Source: Bryobacteraceae bacterium
Lineage (GTDB): Bacteria; Acidobacteriota; Terriglobia; Bryobacterales; Bryobacteraceae
Reading direction: 5' to 3'
Assembly: GCA_049510065.1 (NCBI GenBank)
Contig: JBEKZH010000010.1
Location: forward strand, 17,653 to 81,652
DNA: 64,000 nt
The stretch's first letter is position 1. The number at the start of each line of letters is the position of its first letter. Positions 39,980 to 48,986 of the stretch are shown in pieces. The notes under the pieces are model-generated. The model was given only the letters and a program-made list of their open reading frames with translations, searched no databases and was not told where the DNA came from. The translations under genes were made by a program, and so were the position numbers.

Positions 39980-40264
39980 ATGGCAGACGAGTCTCCGGCA
40001 ACCAAACAGGACATCCAGGATCTGAAGGCTGCCGTTGGACAGGACATCCAGGATCTGAAGGCCGCCATGGGACAGAACGTCCAGGACCTGAAGGCCGCCA
40101 TGGAGAAGGTCGAGACGACGTTGCTTTCCGAGTTCTGGAAGTGGGCTCGCACGAACGACGTCAAAATTCGCTCGGTCACCAGCCGTTCCAACGACTTCGA
40201 CGAGCGGCTGCTACTCATCGAAGAGCGGGTTTCCGAACTGGAGCGCAAGCGGAAGGCTTCCTGA
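39980..40264 (+). CDS. Hypothetical coiled-coil protein with 3 x 11-aa tandem repeat (QDIQDLKAAVG)
   Basis: ATG at 39980 after GGAG. A 33-nt DNA repeat x3 at 40007-40105. The region is AT-richer than its surroundings. Confidence 0.5.
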   Translation: MADESPATKQDIQDLKAAVGQDIQDLKAAMGQNVQDLKAAMEKVETTLLSEFWKWARTNDVKIRSVTSRSNDFDERLLLIEERVSELERKRKAS

Positions 40265-40331
40265 CTGAGGCGCGTTTGGGCCGCCGGCATGCTGACGGCC
40301 CGTATCCCCGTTGAAGTTAGATAAATTACGG

Positions 40332-40607
40332 TTACCTGTGCCGGTTAGCGGCTTCGGCAGCCTCTTTCAGTTCTCTGTTGACCTGTTCCAGTAGCTCTTT
40401 AGCCTTCTGAGCGTGACCATCCATGTCCCACTCATTGGCCTGCTGCGCCGCAATGATTTTGTCAAAGGCCTGCTGGCTCAGTCGTTGTGCCGCGGCGAGA
40501 TTCGGGTGACGGTGGTGGGAGATGTCGCGCTCGGGCTGGGCCACGGCGGCAACTCCAACAATGAGAAGCAATCCAACTACAACCGCAAGAAGTCGGGTTT
40601 TGAGCAT
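40332..40607 (-). CDS. Small secreted helical protein, unknown function
   Basis: Start at the ATG at 40607. Signal peptide MLKTRLLAVVVGLLLIVGVAAVA, then helical charged sequence. Confidence 0.5.
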   Translation of the reverse strand: MLKTRLLAVVVGLLLIVGVAAVAQPERDISHHRHPNLAAAQRLSQQAFDKIIAAQQANEWDMDGHAQKAKELLEQVNRELKEAAEAANRHR

Positions 40608-40714
40608 AGCTGCGATTCTAGCCTCCATCGGTGGCGGCGCGCAAGAGGAATTTTCCAGGATGTTTCCGGGAGGGGCTGCTTGCATCCGGACGAGAACCAG
40701 CGGAGAATACGGCG

Positions 40715-41722
40715 ATGCACCCACGAAGAAGTTTCCTGCGTTTCGCCTCTCTCCTGCTGCTGTCGATCGCTGCGGCGGCCGCCCAGGCGCCGAGGTACGA
40801 GATCGTCGATGGCCACCTGCACTTCCTGAACTTTGTCCAGGACACCGCCGGGATGGACGCGTTCTTCAAGGCAATGGACGACACCGGGGTAGTGGAGTCG
40901 GCTGTGATCGGCATGCCCGTCGTGAAGAAGTGGGACGAGGGAGACGAGAAGCGGCCCACCTACTACCTGGACAACGACGCCCGTACCTATTGGTACAGCG
41001 CGACCGATTTCCTGGTGGCGCGGGCCGTGCTCGACCTGCCGAAGGATAAGCAGGCCCGTCTGCATCCGTTCATCTGCGGCTTCAACAGCGCGGATCGAAA
41101 CGCGGTGGATCATGTCGCGCGCATGCTGGCGCTCTACCCCAACTTCTGGCAGGGCATCGGCGAAGTGTTCCTGCGTCACGACGACCTGACCGCGCTCACC
41201 TACGGCGACACCCCGCGCGCCACCACCAGCGCGTTTGGCCGGCTGCTGGACCTGGCCGCGGCACGCGACCTGCCCGTGCTGGTCCACAGCAACATCGGGC
41301 CGGCCTGGCTGGAGCAACCCAACTACCTCGGCGAAATCGAGTCGGCCATTCGGGCGCATCCGAAGACTCGAGTGATCTGGGCGCACGCCGGCATCAGCCG
41401 CCGCATCGTCATCGCCGATCACACCGACATCCTGCGCCGTATGCTGGGCCAGTATCCGAATCTCACGGTCGACTTGTCGTGGGTCATCTTCGAACAGGAG
41501 ATCGCGCCCGGCGGCGTGCTGGACCGGAGATGGGTGACGCTGCTCGAAGAGTATCCCGGCCGCTTCGTGATCGGTTCGGACAGCGTGGGCTTTTTTGACC
41601 AGTACAAGCCGACCCTGCAGCGCTACTACCTGCTGCTGGATGCGCTCAAGCCGGAGACCGCGCGAAAAGTGGCGCACGACAACTTCCTGGCCCTGCTTCC
41701 CGCGCGCCGGACCACTCCCTGA
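40715..41722 (+). CDS. Amidohydrolase-superfamily (TIM-barrel metal hydrolase) protein, secreted
   Basis: Start at the ATG at 40715 (signal peptide MHPRRSFLRFASLLLLSIAAAAAQA). VDGHLHF HxH motif, later VLVHSN and IWAHAG. Confidence 0.7.
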   Translation: MHPRRSFLRFASLLLLSIAAAAAQAPRYEIVDGHLHFLNFVQDTAGMDAFFKAMDDTGVVESAVIGMPVVKKWDEGDEKRPTYYLDNDARTYWYSATDFLVARAVLDLPKDKQARLHPFICGFNSADRNAVDHVARMLALYPNFWQGIGEVFLRHDDLTALTYGDTPRATTSAFGRLLDLAAARDLPVLVHSNIGPAWLEQPNYLGEIESAIRAHPKTRVIWAHAGISRRIVIADHTDILRRMLGQYPNLTVDLSWVIFEQEIAPGGVLDRRWVTLLEEYPGRFVIGSDSVGFFDQYKPTLQRYYLLLDALKPETARKVAHDNFLALLPARRTTP

Positions 41723-41790
41723 CGGTCGCGGCTCAGTAATGATCGTTCGCGTTTGTTGGCGGTTACCGAGCCACGAACGTGAGAGAGTGG
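41719..41790 (-). repeat. REP-like palindromic element, same family as 6171-6257 (inverted orientation)
   Basis: The reverse complement reads CCACTCTCTCACGTTCGTGGCTCGGTAACC...ACTGAGCCGCGACCGTCAG. Confidence 0.7.
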
Positions 41791-42083
41791 TTGCGACAGA
41801 ATAAGATGTGGGGTTCGGTTTGTGGATCGACGGCGAGGAACGGCTGGCATGGGCCCGGGGCACCCATGAGTACCGCCCCATGGGCGCGGCCGTGGTGGCG
41901 GTAACGGACCAGTTCCGCCACCGCGACTTCCATGGTAGCCATTGCCTGCCCGCGCACCTGCGGAATTCGTTCGCCGGGTTCTTCGGCTCGCTGGAAGACT
42001 TGAACGAGCACCTGCGGCGTCGCGCGCGCCGTTCCGCGGCACGGCTGCAGCCTCTGCGCCCGACGCCGTTGCACGTGCGCTGA

Positions 42084-43166
42084 TTACCCCAGCCTGGGAG
42101 GCAGGTCCCGCATGGGGCCCATCCACTGCAGTTCGCGGTCGATGTCGTTGTGAAGCCTGTATTTCTTCCGCACCGTGGCCAGATTCTCGCCGGCGATGTC
42201 GATCCGCTTGAGATCGTACTGGCCCACGCCGGCCTGCCAGCAGAACAGCAGATAGCCCGGCCAGCGCGCGTCGATGCCCATCGCCTCCAGGCCCACGCGA
42301 TCGGCGGCAATGTAGTCGGTGGACGCGATGGCCACCCGCGAAGGCACGGGCGTGCCGGCGCCGGGTCCGTTCCCCTCCATGCCCTCGTAGCCGTCAATGA
42401 GCGTGGCTCCCCAGAAGGGCCGCATCTTCTGGGCGGTCAGGAACATGTCGTAGTGGGTCTGGCGGATGCCGCCGTGGTACTTGCGTTTGTCGTTCCAGCG
42501 CGACGTCTCACCCGGAGCGAAGTGCAGCGGAGCGCCCAGCGTCATGTTCTTCACCGAAAGCGTCGCCACCACTGTGTTATGCGTCTTCAGAATGGCCGAG
42601 CAGAGGATGAAGGCATCCGGATCCAGCAGGCGCGCGGCCAGGCGCACTGGTGTCAGGTGCAGATCGAAATCCAGAACGGGCAGGATCTCGTACTTCGCTT
42701 CCTTGTTCAGATCGAGCAGCTTCACCTGGAGCGATTTGTATTCGCCGGGCAGCCGCGGGTAGTGGAAATTCTCGAAGCCCGCCATGGTGTCGTCGGCGGC
42801 CGCTTCGGCGATGTACACCGGGCCTTTGTAGCGCTCGGCGAGATAGTCGAGAATGCCGCGCAGCGTGTCGGCGTGCGTGCTGGCGAGCTGATTCTCGGAA
42901 GAAACATTATTCGGCTTTATCAGGACGTACTTCTTCTTCTTCAGTTCGGGTGCGATGCGCGCGTCGATTGCCTTGAGGGCGGCGTAGGCGTTCGCTCGCC
43001 GGCCTTCTCCATGCACCAGCGAAACCAGCGAGCGCGCATCGTTCGGAAGCAGGGGAGAGGGCAGGGGAGCGGGCGCCTGAGCCACAGCGCGTCTTGCGGC
43101 GGCGGCGAGCGTCAGGACACCCGCTCCGGCCTGCAACAGCTCCCGCCGGGAGAACCTGTCAGTCAT
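42084..43166 (-). CDS. DUF362 domain protein with twin-arginine (Tat) signal
   Basis: MTDRFSRRELLQAGAGVLTLAAAARRAVA. The body is typical of DUF362 (LIKPNNVS..., ATLIDGYEGMEGNGP). Confidence 0.75.
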   Translation of the reverse strand: MTDRFSRRELLQAGAGVLTLAAAARRAVAQAPAPLPSPLLPNDARSLVSLVHGEGRRANAYAALKAIDARIAPELKKKKYVLIKPNNVSSENQLASTHADTLRGILDYLAERYKGPVYIAEAAADDTMAGFENFHYPRLPGEYKSLQVKLLDLNKEAKYEILPVLDFDLHLTPVRLAARLLDPDAFILCSAILKTHNTVVATLSVKNMTLGAPLHFAPGETSRWNDKRKYHGGIRQTHYDMFLTAQKMRPFWGATLIDGYEGMEGNGPGAGTPVPSRVAIASTDYIAADRVGLEAMGIDARWPGYLLFCWQAGVGQYDLKRIDIAGENLATVRKKYRLHNDIDRELQWMGPMRDLPPRLG

Positions 43167-43235
43167 CGGCGGTCTCCTTCGCAGTGTGATAGTTTGAAGT
43201 CACCTTATTTATATCTCAGTTCTCAGGAGCAATTC

Positions 43236-44417
43236 ATGAGCGAGGACTCCTCCCGAAGAAAGTTCCTGGTGGCGAGCATTGGAGCGCCCGCCCTGCTTGC
43301 CGCCAAACCGCAGGCCCCCGCGAAACCGGCCAACGTCGCGGCGTCCCCGTTGCGCGGCGCCCCCAAACTCGACTACCGCGTGCTCGGCAAAACCGGCCTC
43401 AGGGTGACCACCGTCGGCTTTGGCACCATGATCACGTCCGATCAATCGGTGATCGAACGCGCCGCCGACCTCGGCGTCAACTACTTCGACACCGCGCGCG
43501 GCTATCAGAGCGGGAATTGCGAGCGCATGGTGGGCGCGGCACTCAAGACCCGCCGGAACAAGGTTTTTCTCTCCACCAAGAGCGGCGCGAAGACGAAGGA
43601 ACAGGCTCTGGCCGAGCTCGATACCAGCCTTCGCGAGATTGGCACCGATCACGTGGACATCTGGTATCTGCACGGCAAGGCCAAGCCGGAGGATCTCAAG
43701 GACGAGCTTATCGAAGCGCAGCAGATGGCGAAGAAAGCCGGCAAGATCCGCTTCGCCGGCGTGAGCACGCACGGTGGCCAGAAGGAGCTGGTGCCCGCGA
43801 TCGTGGCGCGCAGGGATCACTTCGACGTGCTGCTGACCACGTACAATTTCGCCTTGAATCCGGCCGTCGCCGATTCCATCAGGCTGGCGGCTGACGCGGG
43901 CCTCGGCGTGGTGGCCATGAAGGTGATGGCCGGTGGCGATCGAATGTTGCGGGTCAATCCCGACGGCGACCGGATCAGGGGAATTCTGCACCGCGAGGGC
44001 GCCACGCTGGCCGCGCTGAAATGGGTGCTGCGCAACACCCGCGTCCACACCAGCATCCCCAGCATCACCGACATGGAGCAGCTTGACGAGAACCTCCGGG
44101 CCATGGCGGCGCCCTTCGGCGTCACCGACGAGAAGACCCTGGAATCCCGCCTGGAGCTGCTGCGCCCGCACTACTGCAACATGTGCGGCCAGTGCGACGG
44201 CACGTGCGCGCGCGGGCTGCCGGTGGCCGACGTATTGCGCTTCTACATGTACTCGGCCAACTACGGCGAGTTCGGGCTGGGCCGGGAGAACTTTCGCCAG
44301 CTTCCCGCGCACCTGCAATCCGTGCGTTGTGCCGACTGTCGCGAATGTACGGTGAACTGCCCCCGTGGAGTTCGCGTGGTGGAACGGCTCAGCCGGGCGC
44401 AGGAATGCTTCTGTTGA
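43236..44417 (+). CDS. Aldo/keto reductase with Tat signal and C-terminal 4Fe-4S cysteine clusters
   Basis: ATG at 43236. SRRKFLVASIGAPALLAA, the AKR core (FDTARGYQSGNCE..., IRFAGVSTH), and a C-terminal CNMCGQCDGTC...CADCRECTVNCP. The 5' part of ORF 42150-44417 is antisense to DUF362. Confidence 0.8.
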   Translation: MSEDSSRRKFLVASIGAPALLAAKPQAPAKPANVAASPLRGAPKLDYRVLGKTGLRVTTVGFGTMITSDQSVIERAADLGVNYFDTARGYQSGNCERMVGAALKTRRNKVFLSTKSGAKTKEQALAELDTSLREIGTDHVDIWYLHGKAKPEDLKDELIEAQQMAKKAGKIRFAGVSTHGGQKELVPAIVARRDHFDVLLTTYNFALNPAVADSIRLAADAGLGVVAMKVMAGGDRMLRVNPDGDRIRGILHREGATLAALKWVLRNTRVHTSIPSITDMEQLDENLRAMAAPFGVTDEKTLESRLELLRPHYCNMCGQCDGTCARGLPVADVLRFYMYSANYGEFGLGRENFRQLPAHLQSVRCADCRECTVNCPRGVRVVERLSRAQECFC

Positions 44418-45253
44418 GATCGCGGTTCGGACCGCTGGTGGCACTGCTGGCCGCGGTGATGTCCGTGGCCGGCCAGACTCCCGGGTGCGGCCTGTTCGCG
44501 GGCTGGCAGCAGCGCGGAGCCACTCGCCTGTTTGAGGGCGACAATCTGTTCGAGTACATGGACGGGAACTCGGAAGGGTACCTGGTCTACGGCTTCGTGC
44601 GCATGCGCGGGGTCACCTGTACGAAGGCCGGCGACACGCTGGTTTTCGACATCTCCGAGTTTGCCGATGCCGAATCGGCCTGGGGCATGTTCCTGGCGAA
44701 TCGCGACGTGCAGAAACCCATCGAGCCGATCGGCACGGGCGCCCAGACCGTTCCGCGCAAGGCCATTTTCACGAAGGACAAGTACTACGTCGAACTGGCC
44801 GCCGAGAGCGATCGCGATCACACCGCCGAACTGCGGGAGATGGCGAAAACCGTCGAGGCGCGCATCGGCGGCAGCACCTCCCGGCCCGAGCCGCTCGCCT
44901 GGTTCCCGCAGGAGGGACTGACTGGCGGAACGGCGCGCCTGGCCCCGGAGAGTGTCCTCGGCATTCGCCTCCTGAAACGCGGCTACGTCGGCCAGTACGG
45001 CGATGCGAAGGCGTTTGTGGTGACCGAAGCGTCGGCGGAGGCGGCCAGGGCCACGCTCAGTCAACTGAGGGCGCGATTCGAAGGAGCCGCGCCGGCCGCG
45101 GTGGCAGACGAGGCCTTTCGGGTGAAGGACGAGTATCTCGGCAACATCTGCATGTTTCGCCAGGGGCGCCGCGTGGCCGGTTATGCGAATGTGCCCGATG
45201 GGCAGGACGCGCTGGCCCTGGCCCGGGCGTTCGCCGCGCGCATTCCGGAGTAG
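44405..45253 (+). CDS. Hypothetical secreted protein
   Basis: ATG at 44405 overlapping the upstream stop. Signal peptide MLLLRSRFGPLVALLAAVMSVAG. Contains a LFEYMDGNSEGYLVYGF-type motif that I associate with an uncharacterised DUF. Confidence 0.55.
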   Translation: MLLLRSRFGPLVALLAAVMSVAGQTPGCGLFAGWQQRGATRLFEGDNLFEYMDGNSEGYLVYGFVRMRGVTCTKAGDTLVFDISEFADAESAWGMFLANRDVQKPIEPIGTGAQTVPRKAIFTKDKYYVELAAESDRDHTAELREMAKTVEARIGGSTSRPEPLAWFPQEGLTGGTARLAPESVLGIRLLKRGYVGQYGDAKAFVVTEASAEAARATLSQLRARFEGAAPAAVADEAFRVKDEYLGNICMFRQGRRVAGYANVPDGQDALALARAFAARIPE

Positions 45254-45324
45254 AGCCAGCAGCCTGTGCAAAAGTGGCCGCGCAGTGACTTCTACCACAC
45301 GCTGCCATGCACCGAAAGCAACGG

Positions 45325-45863
45325 TCAGTCCCTGATGACGATCAGTTTTGCCAGGCATGGCTCGTGCTTTGCAATCAGCCGCGCTACCGTCCAGCCGATA
45401 TCGGCGGCCTGCTGCTCCAGAATGTTAATGAATAAATCTGGATTCAAATGATACTGATGCTGCATGAATTCGTCAGCCGTGAGGCACTCCAGATCGAATT
45501 CGGCCAAAAGTTCGCCCGGGAAGTGCTTTTTGTTATTGCTTACTATACAGTTCGCCCCACATCTAACGGCTGCCGCCAACACGTGGCGATCCCCGGGATT
45601 GTTTTTCATGGAACTCAGAAGGTGCTGGTAGCCTTCCACAAGCGCGTCTGGGAATGCGCTCTGCATTTGTTCTATGCGATGCGCGATCTGGTTCTCGGCA
45701 TATCCGAATTTCCGGAGCACTGCCTTAAGCTCTTCGAGATCTCAGCAGACCAGCGGGGAGTGTAGAATGCTGGCTCGCATGCCAGGCGGAGAAGCGTGTC
45801 CGCTACAGGCATGGGGGCCAGCACGCATGTGTCCAATACTGCTACGTATTGGTTAATCCTCAT
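45325..45863 (-). pseudogene. PIN-domain toxin gene interrupted by a 1-nt frameshift
   Basis: The N-terminal 43 codons (MRINQYVAVLDTCVLAPMPVADTLLRLA...RWSAEI) are in one frame. The remainder (LEELKAVLRKFGYAENQ...DRHVLAAAVRCGANCIVSNNKKHF...) is in another. The frames meet at GCTGAGATCTCGAAGAG (~45738-45742). Confidence 0.7.
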
Positions 45864-46338
45864 CCAACACAGCGGGGATTCTGTCGTATAATCCCTCCGC
45901 TGCTTCCCTTTGGGCTAGTTTTCTAAGGACGGCGTGGCGATGTTCGTCGCGCTTTGCTTTGTACCTCAGAAGATCCTGAGCATAGATGCGCCTATGGGTT
46001 CCCACCATGTGGTAGGGAACCTCTTCTTTCTTCAGAAGATTCACAAGGAACTGCCGCGACACCCCTAACACAGCCGCAGCCTCAATCGTCGTAAGTTTAG
46101 CTTGATTCTGGACGATGTACACGGACTTCCCTGCGTTGAGCAGTCCGATCAGCTCAACAAGAAACGAGTAGAGTGAATCGGGAAGTAAGCGAGCTTGCCC
46201 ATCCGGGCTGACGAGCCTGGCCTTGCCCTTGCGGATGGCCTCGTAAAGCTGTTCGATCTCTTTTCGATCAGTGTCGGGTATTGGGACTCGGACCCCCTGC
46301 AACCGGCCCGCGTGCTCTTCGGTTGCTGCTGCTCGCAT
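45853..46338 (-). CDS. Helix-turn-helix (excisionase/MerR-like) DNA-binding protein, presumed antitoxin partner of the PIN gene
   Basis: ATG at 46338 after GGAGGATGGAG. LTTIEAAAVLGVSRQFLVNLLKKEEVPYHMVGTHRRI is an HTH_17-type motif. Overlaps the PIN start. Confidence 0.7.
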   Translation of the reverse strand: MRAAATEEHAGRLQGVRVPIPDTDRKEIEQLYEAIRKGKARLVSPDGQARLLPDSLYSFLVELIGLLNAGKSVYIVQNQAKLTTIEAAAVLGVSRQFLVNLLKKEEVPYHMVGTHRRIYAQDLLRYKAKRDEHRHAVLRKLAQREAAEGLYDRIPAVLDED

Positions 46339-46622
46339 CTTCTTTCTCCATCCTCCTGTCACGTAGACGCTACAAGTGCTATATTCGCTACATGTGATTC
46401 TACTGCTACTCATGATGTTATTGCGGGAAACGCTCGTAGTCAATGGGGCAAGGCAACTTTTCCACAGGCCGCAAAGGTCGAAGCGGTCGTTTTCCACGTC
46501 TTGCCGCTGTTTCTCGATTCCAAAAGGTGCCACGAAATCGGGGACGTGAGCGGCCGATGCCGTGCCGGGGGGCCTCGGTCAGGCTCATTGCGTCACCATA
46601 GCGCCACCGGATTTGAATTGAG

Positions 46623-46700
46623 TGGCGTCCCCAGCGGGATTCGAACCCGCGTTATCGCCGTGAAAGGGCGGTGTCCTAGGCCGGGCTAGACGATGGGGAC
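46623..46700 (-). tRNA. tRNA-Glu(UUC): tRNA-Glu (anticodon UUC), CCA encoded
   Basis: The reverse complement is GTCCCCATCGTCTAGCCCGGCCTAGGACACCGCCCTTTCACGGCGATAACGCGGGTTCGAATCCCGCTGGGGACGCCA. It folds as a cloverleaf with a 7-bp acceptor stem, a CTTTCAC anticodon loop and a GTTCGAATC T-loop, and is very close to E. coli tRNA-Glu. Confidence 0.95.
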
Positions 46701-47165
46701 GGCTGGGAAATCGCGAAAAGACGGGCACCCGAACAGCGCCCGCACCTCTTCAGCGTAGCGACAGCCGGCCACTCCCGTCAAATCTTGCGGGCGCGGTCTC
46801 TCCTATAGCTGCGTGCTCGAGGGGGAGCGATACCCGAGCCGCGCCGCTCCCCGTCCGCCAACCTATCTCCTCCGCGGCGGCGTTCGCAACAACCCGCGCC
46901 AGCCCAAACGCCACATTACACAGCAGTTCCACACATCGCCCCCGGATACCGCGCCCGCCCCGTGCTACCGTCAAGGCGCCATGTCCACTACTGCGCCGCG
47001 ACCTCCGTCAACCCGCAAACGGAAGGCCCAGGCCGCCGGTGATCCTCTGTGACGAAACGAACCCAATTCCCGGGTCGCCCCGGAGGTGGCATTTACACTC
47101 TCATTACCAAACGAAGCCAATTCCACGTGCCCGTTCACCCCAGATCGCTATCATCGAGGGAGTTC

Positions 47166-48959
47166 ATGTCTCTCCTCCTCGGCTGCCAGAGCATCGCCAA
47201 AGCGTGGGACTCGCGCGCGCTGTTCGACAACCTCTGCTTCGGCATCTTCGAGGGCGACCGCATCGGCCTGGTGGGTCCCAACGGCTCCGGCAAATCCACG
47301 CTGCTGCAGATCCTCGCCGGCATCATCCCGCCCGATTCCGGCGTGGTGGCGCCGCGCAAGCTGCTGCGCATCGGCTACGTCGAGCAGGAGTCCGCGTTCC
47401 CGCCCGAGGCCACCATCGGCGACCTCATCCGCGCCGTCCCGCTGGCCGACCATCTCGACGAAACCGAGCTGGCCGCGCGCATCAGCCAGACCCTGGGCCG
47501 CGCCGGGTTCGCCAGCGCCGACGTGCGCGCCGGCACGCTCTCCGGGGGCTGGAAGAAGCGGCTGGCCATCGCGCTCGAGCTGGTGAAGCAACCCGGCCTG
47601 CTGCTGCTCGACGAGCCCACCAACCATCTCGACCTCGAAGGCATCCTCTGGCTGGAGAAGATGCTTCGGTCGGCGGAGTTCGCCTCGCTCACCATCAGCC
47701 ACGACCGTTACTTCCTGGAGAGCACGGCCACGGTGATGATGGAGCTCGACCGCGTCTACCCCGACGGCCTGTTCCGCGCGGCCGGCAACTACAGCGAGTT
47801 CCTGGTGAAGAAGGAGGAGTTCCTGGAAGCGCAGACGCGCCGCCAGGAGATGCTGGAGAACAAGGTCCGCCGCGAGATCGAGTGGCTGCGCCGCGGGGCG
47901 AAGGCGCGCACGTCGAAATCCAAGGCCCGTATCGACGAGGCCGGGCGGCTCATCGGCGAGCTGGGCGACCTGAACGCGCGCACGTCCACCCGGACCGCAC
48001 GGATCGATTTCACCGGCACCGACCGGCGCACGAAGCGGCTCATCGAGGCGCGTCACGTCACCAAGGCGCTCGGCGGCAGAACGCTGTTTCGCGATTTGTC
48101 GTTCGTCCTTTCGCCGGGCGCGCGGCTGGGTCTGCTGGGAGCCAACGGCAGCGGCAAGACCACGCTGCTGCAACTGCTGACGGGCGAGCGCGAGCCGGAT
48201 GCCGGCGAGGTGGCCCGCGCCGAAAACGTCCGCATCGTCTACTACGACCAGGCCCGCGAAAAGCTGGACCCCGCGGCCACGCTCCGCCGCGCGCTCGCGC
48301 CCGAAGGCGACTCGGTGATGTATCGCGGCCGCACCATCCACGTCGCCGGCTGGGCCGCCCGCTTCCTGTTCCGCAACGAGCAGCTCGAACTGCCCGTGGG
48401 CAGGCTCTCCGGCGGTGAGCAGGCGCGGGTGCTGATTGCGCGCATGATGCTGGAGCCCGCCGACGTGCTGCTGCTCGACGAGCCCACCAACAACCTGGAC
48501 ATCCCCACGCTGGAGGTGCTGGAGGACAGCCTGCTCGATTTTCCCGGCGCCATCGCGTTGGTGACGCACGACCGCTATCTGCTGGACCGCGTCTCCACCA
48601 CCATCGTGGGGCTGGATGGCGCGGGCGGCGCCGCCCTCTATGCCGAGTGCGCGCAGTGGGAACAGGAGATGGCCGGCGTCCGCCGCCGCGAGCGCGAGCC
48701 AGCGCCACCCGCCGCCGCGAAATCCGCACCGAAGAAGAAGCTGTCGTATCACGAGAGCCGCGAGTGGGAACAGATGGAGGCGCGCATCCTCGAAGCCGAA
48801 GAAGGGCTGCGGCGCGCGCATGAAGAAATGCAGAACCTGGAGGGGAGCGCCGACGCCGGCGTCGTAACATCGCGCTACGAAGCGCTGCAGGCGGCCCAGC
48901 TCCGCGTCGATCAGTTGTACGAGCGCTGGGCGGAGCTGGAGTCGAGGCTCACCGGCTGA
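47166..48959 (+). CDS. ABC-F family ATPase (Uup-like, two ABC domains + C-terminal coiled coil)
   Basis: ATG at 47166 after GAGGGAG. Two Walker A motifs (GPNGSGKST, GANGSGKTT) and two signature motifs (LSGGWKKR, LSGGEQAR). No TM domain. Confidence 0.9.
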   Translation: MSLLLGCQSIAKAWDSRALFDNLCFGIFEGDRIGLVGPNGSGKSTLLQILAGIIPPDSGVVAPRKLLRIGYVEQESAFPPEATIGDLIRAVPLADHLDETELAARISQTLGRAGFASADVRAGTLSGGWKKRLAIALELVKQPGLLLLDEPTNHLDLEGILWLEKMLRSAEFASLTISHDRYFLESTATVMMELDRVYPDGLFRAAGNYSEFLVKKEEFLEAQTRRQEMLENKVRREIEWLRRGAKARTSKSKARIDEAGRLIGELGDLNARTSTRTARIDFTGTDRRTKRLIEARHVTKALGGRTLFRDLSFVLSPGARLGLLGANGSGKTTLLQLLTGEREPDAGEVARAENVRIVYYDQAREKLDPAATLRRALAPEGDSVMYRGRTIHVAGWAARFLFRNEQLELPVGRLSGGEQARVLIARMMLEPADVLLLDEPTNNLDIPTLEVLEDSLLDFPGAIALVTHDRYLLDRVSTTIVGLDGAGGAALYAECAQWEQEMAGVRRREREPAPPAAAKSAPKKKLSYHESREWEQMEARILEAEEGLRRAHEEMQNLEGSADAGVVTSRYEALQAAQLRVDQLYERWAELESRLTG

Positions 48960-48986
48960 CCCCGGTTTACGATAGTCTGTTCACCA

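Noticed and set aside
41808-42083. 91-aa + strand ORF, and the opposite 103-aa ORF, in the gap between the amidohydrolase and DUF362 genes
   Set aside because: It has no SD, an odd composition and no motif. The region may simply be non-coding downstream of the REP-like element. Evidence is insufficient either way.
42150-43235. N-terminal 360 codons of the 755-aa ORF 42150-44417
   Set aside because: This part is antisense to the DUF362 gene and not protein-like. The real aldo-keto reductase starts at ATG 43236 with a Tat signal.
47151-48870. 556-aa and 270-aa - strand ORFs opposite the ABC-F gene. Similar shadows lie opposite mutL (52237-53760), cysM-mec (59276-60781) and moeZ (60231-61844)
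   Set aside because: They are antisense shadow ORFs. The sense-strand products carry Walker, GHKL, PLP, JAMM and E1 motifs.
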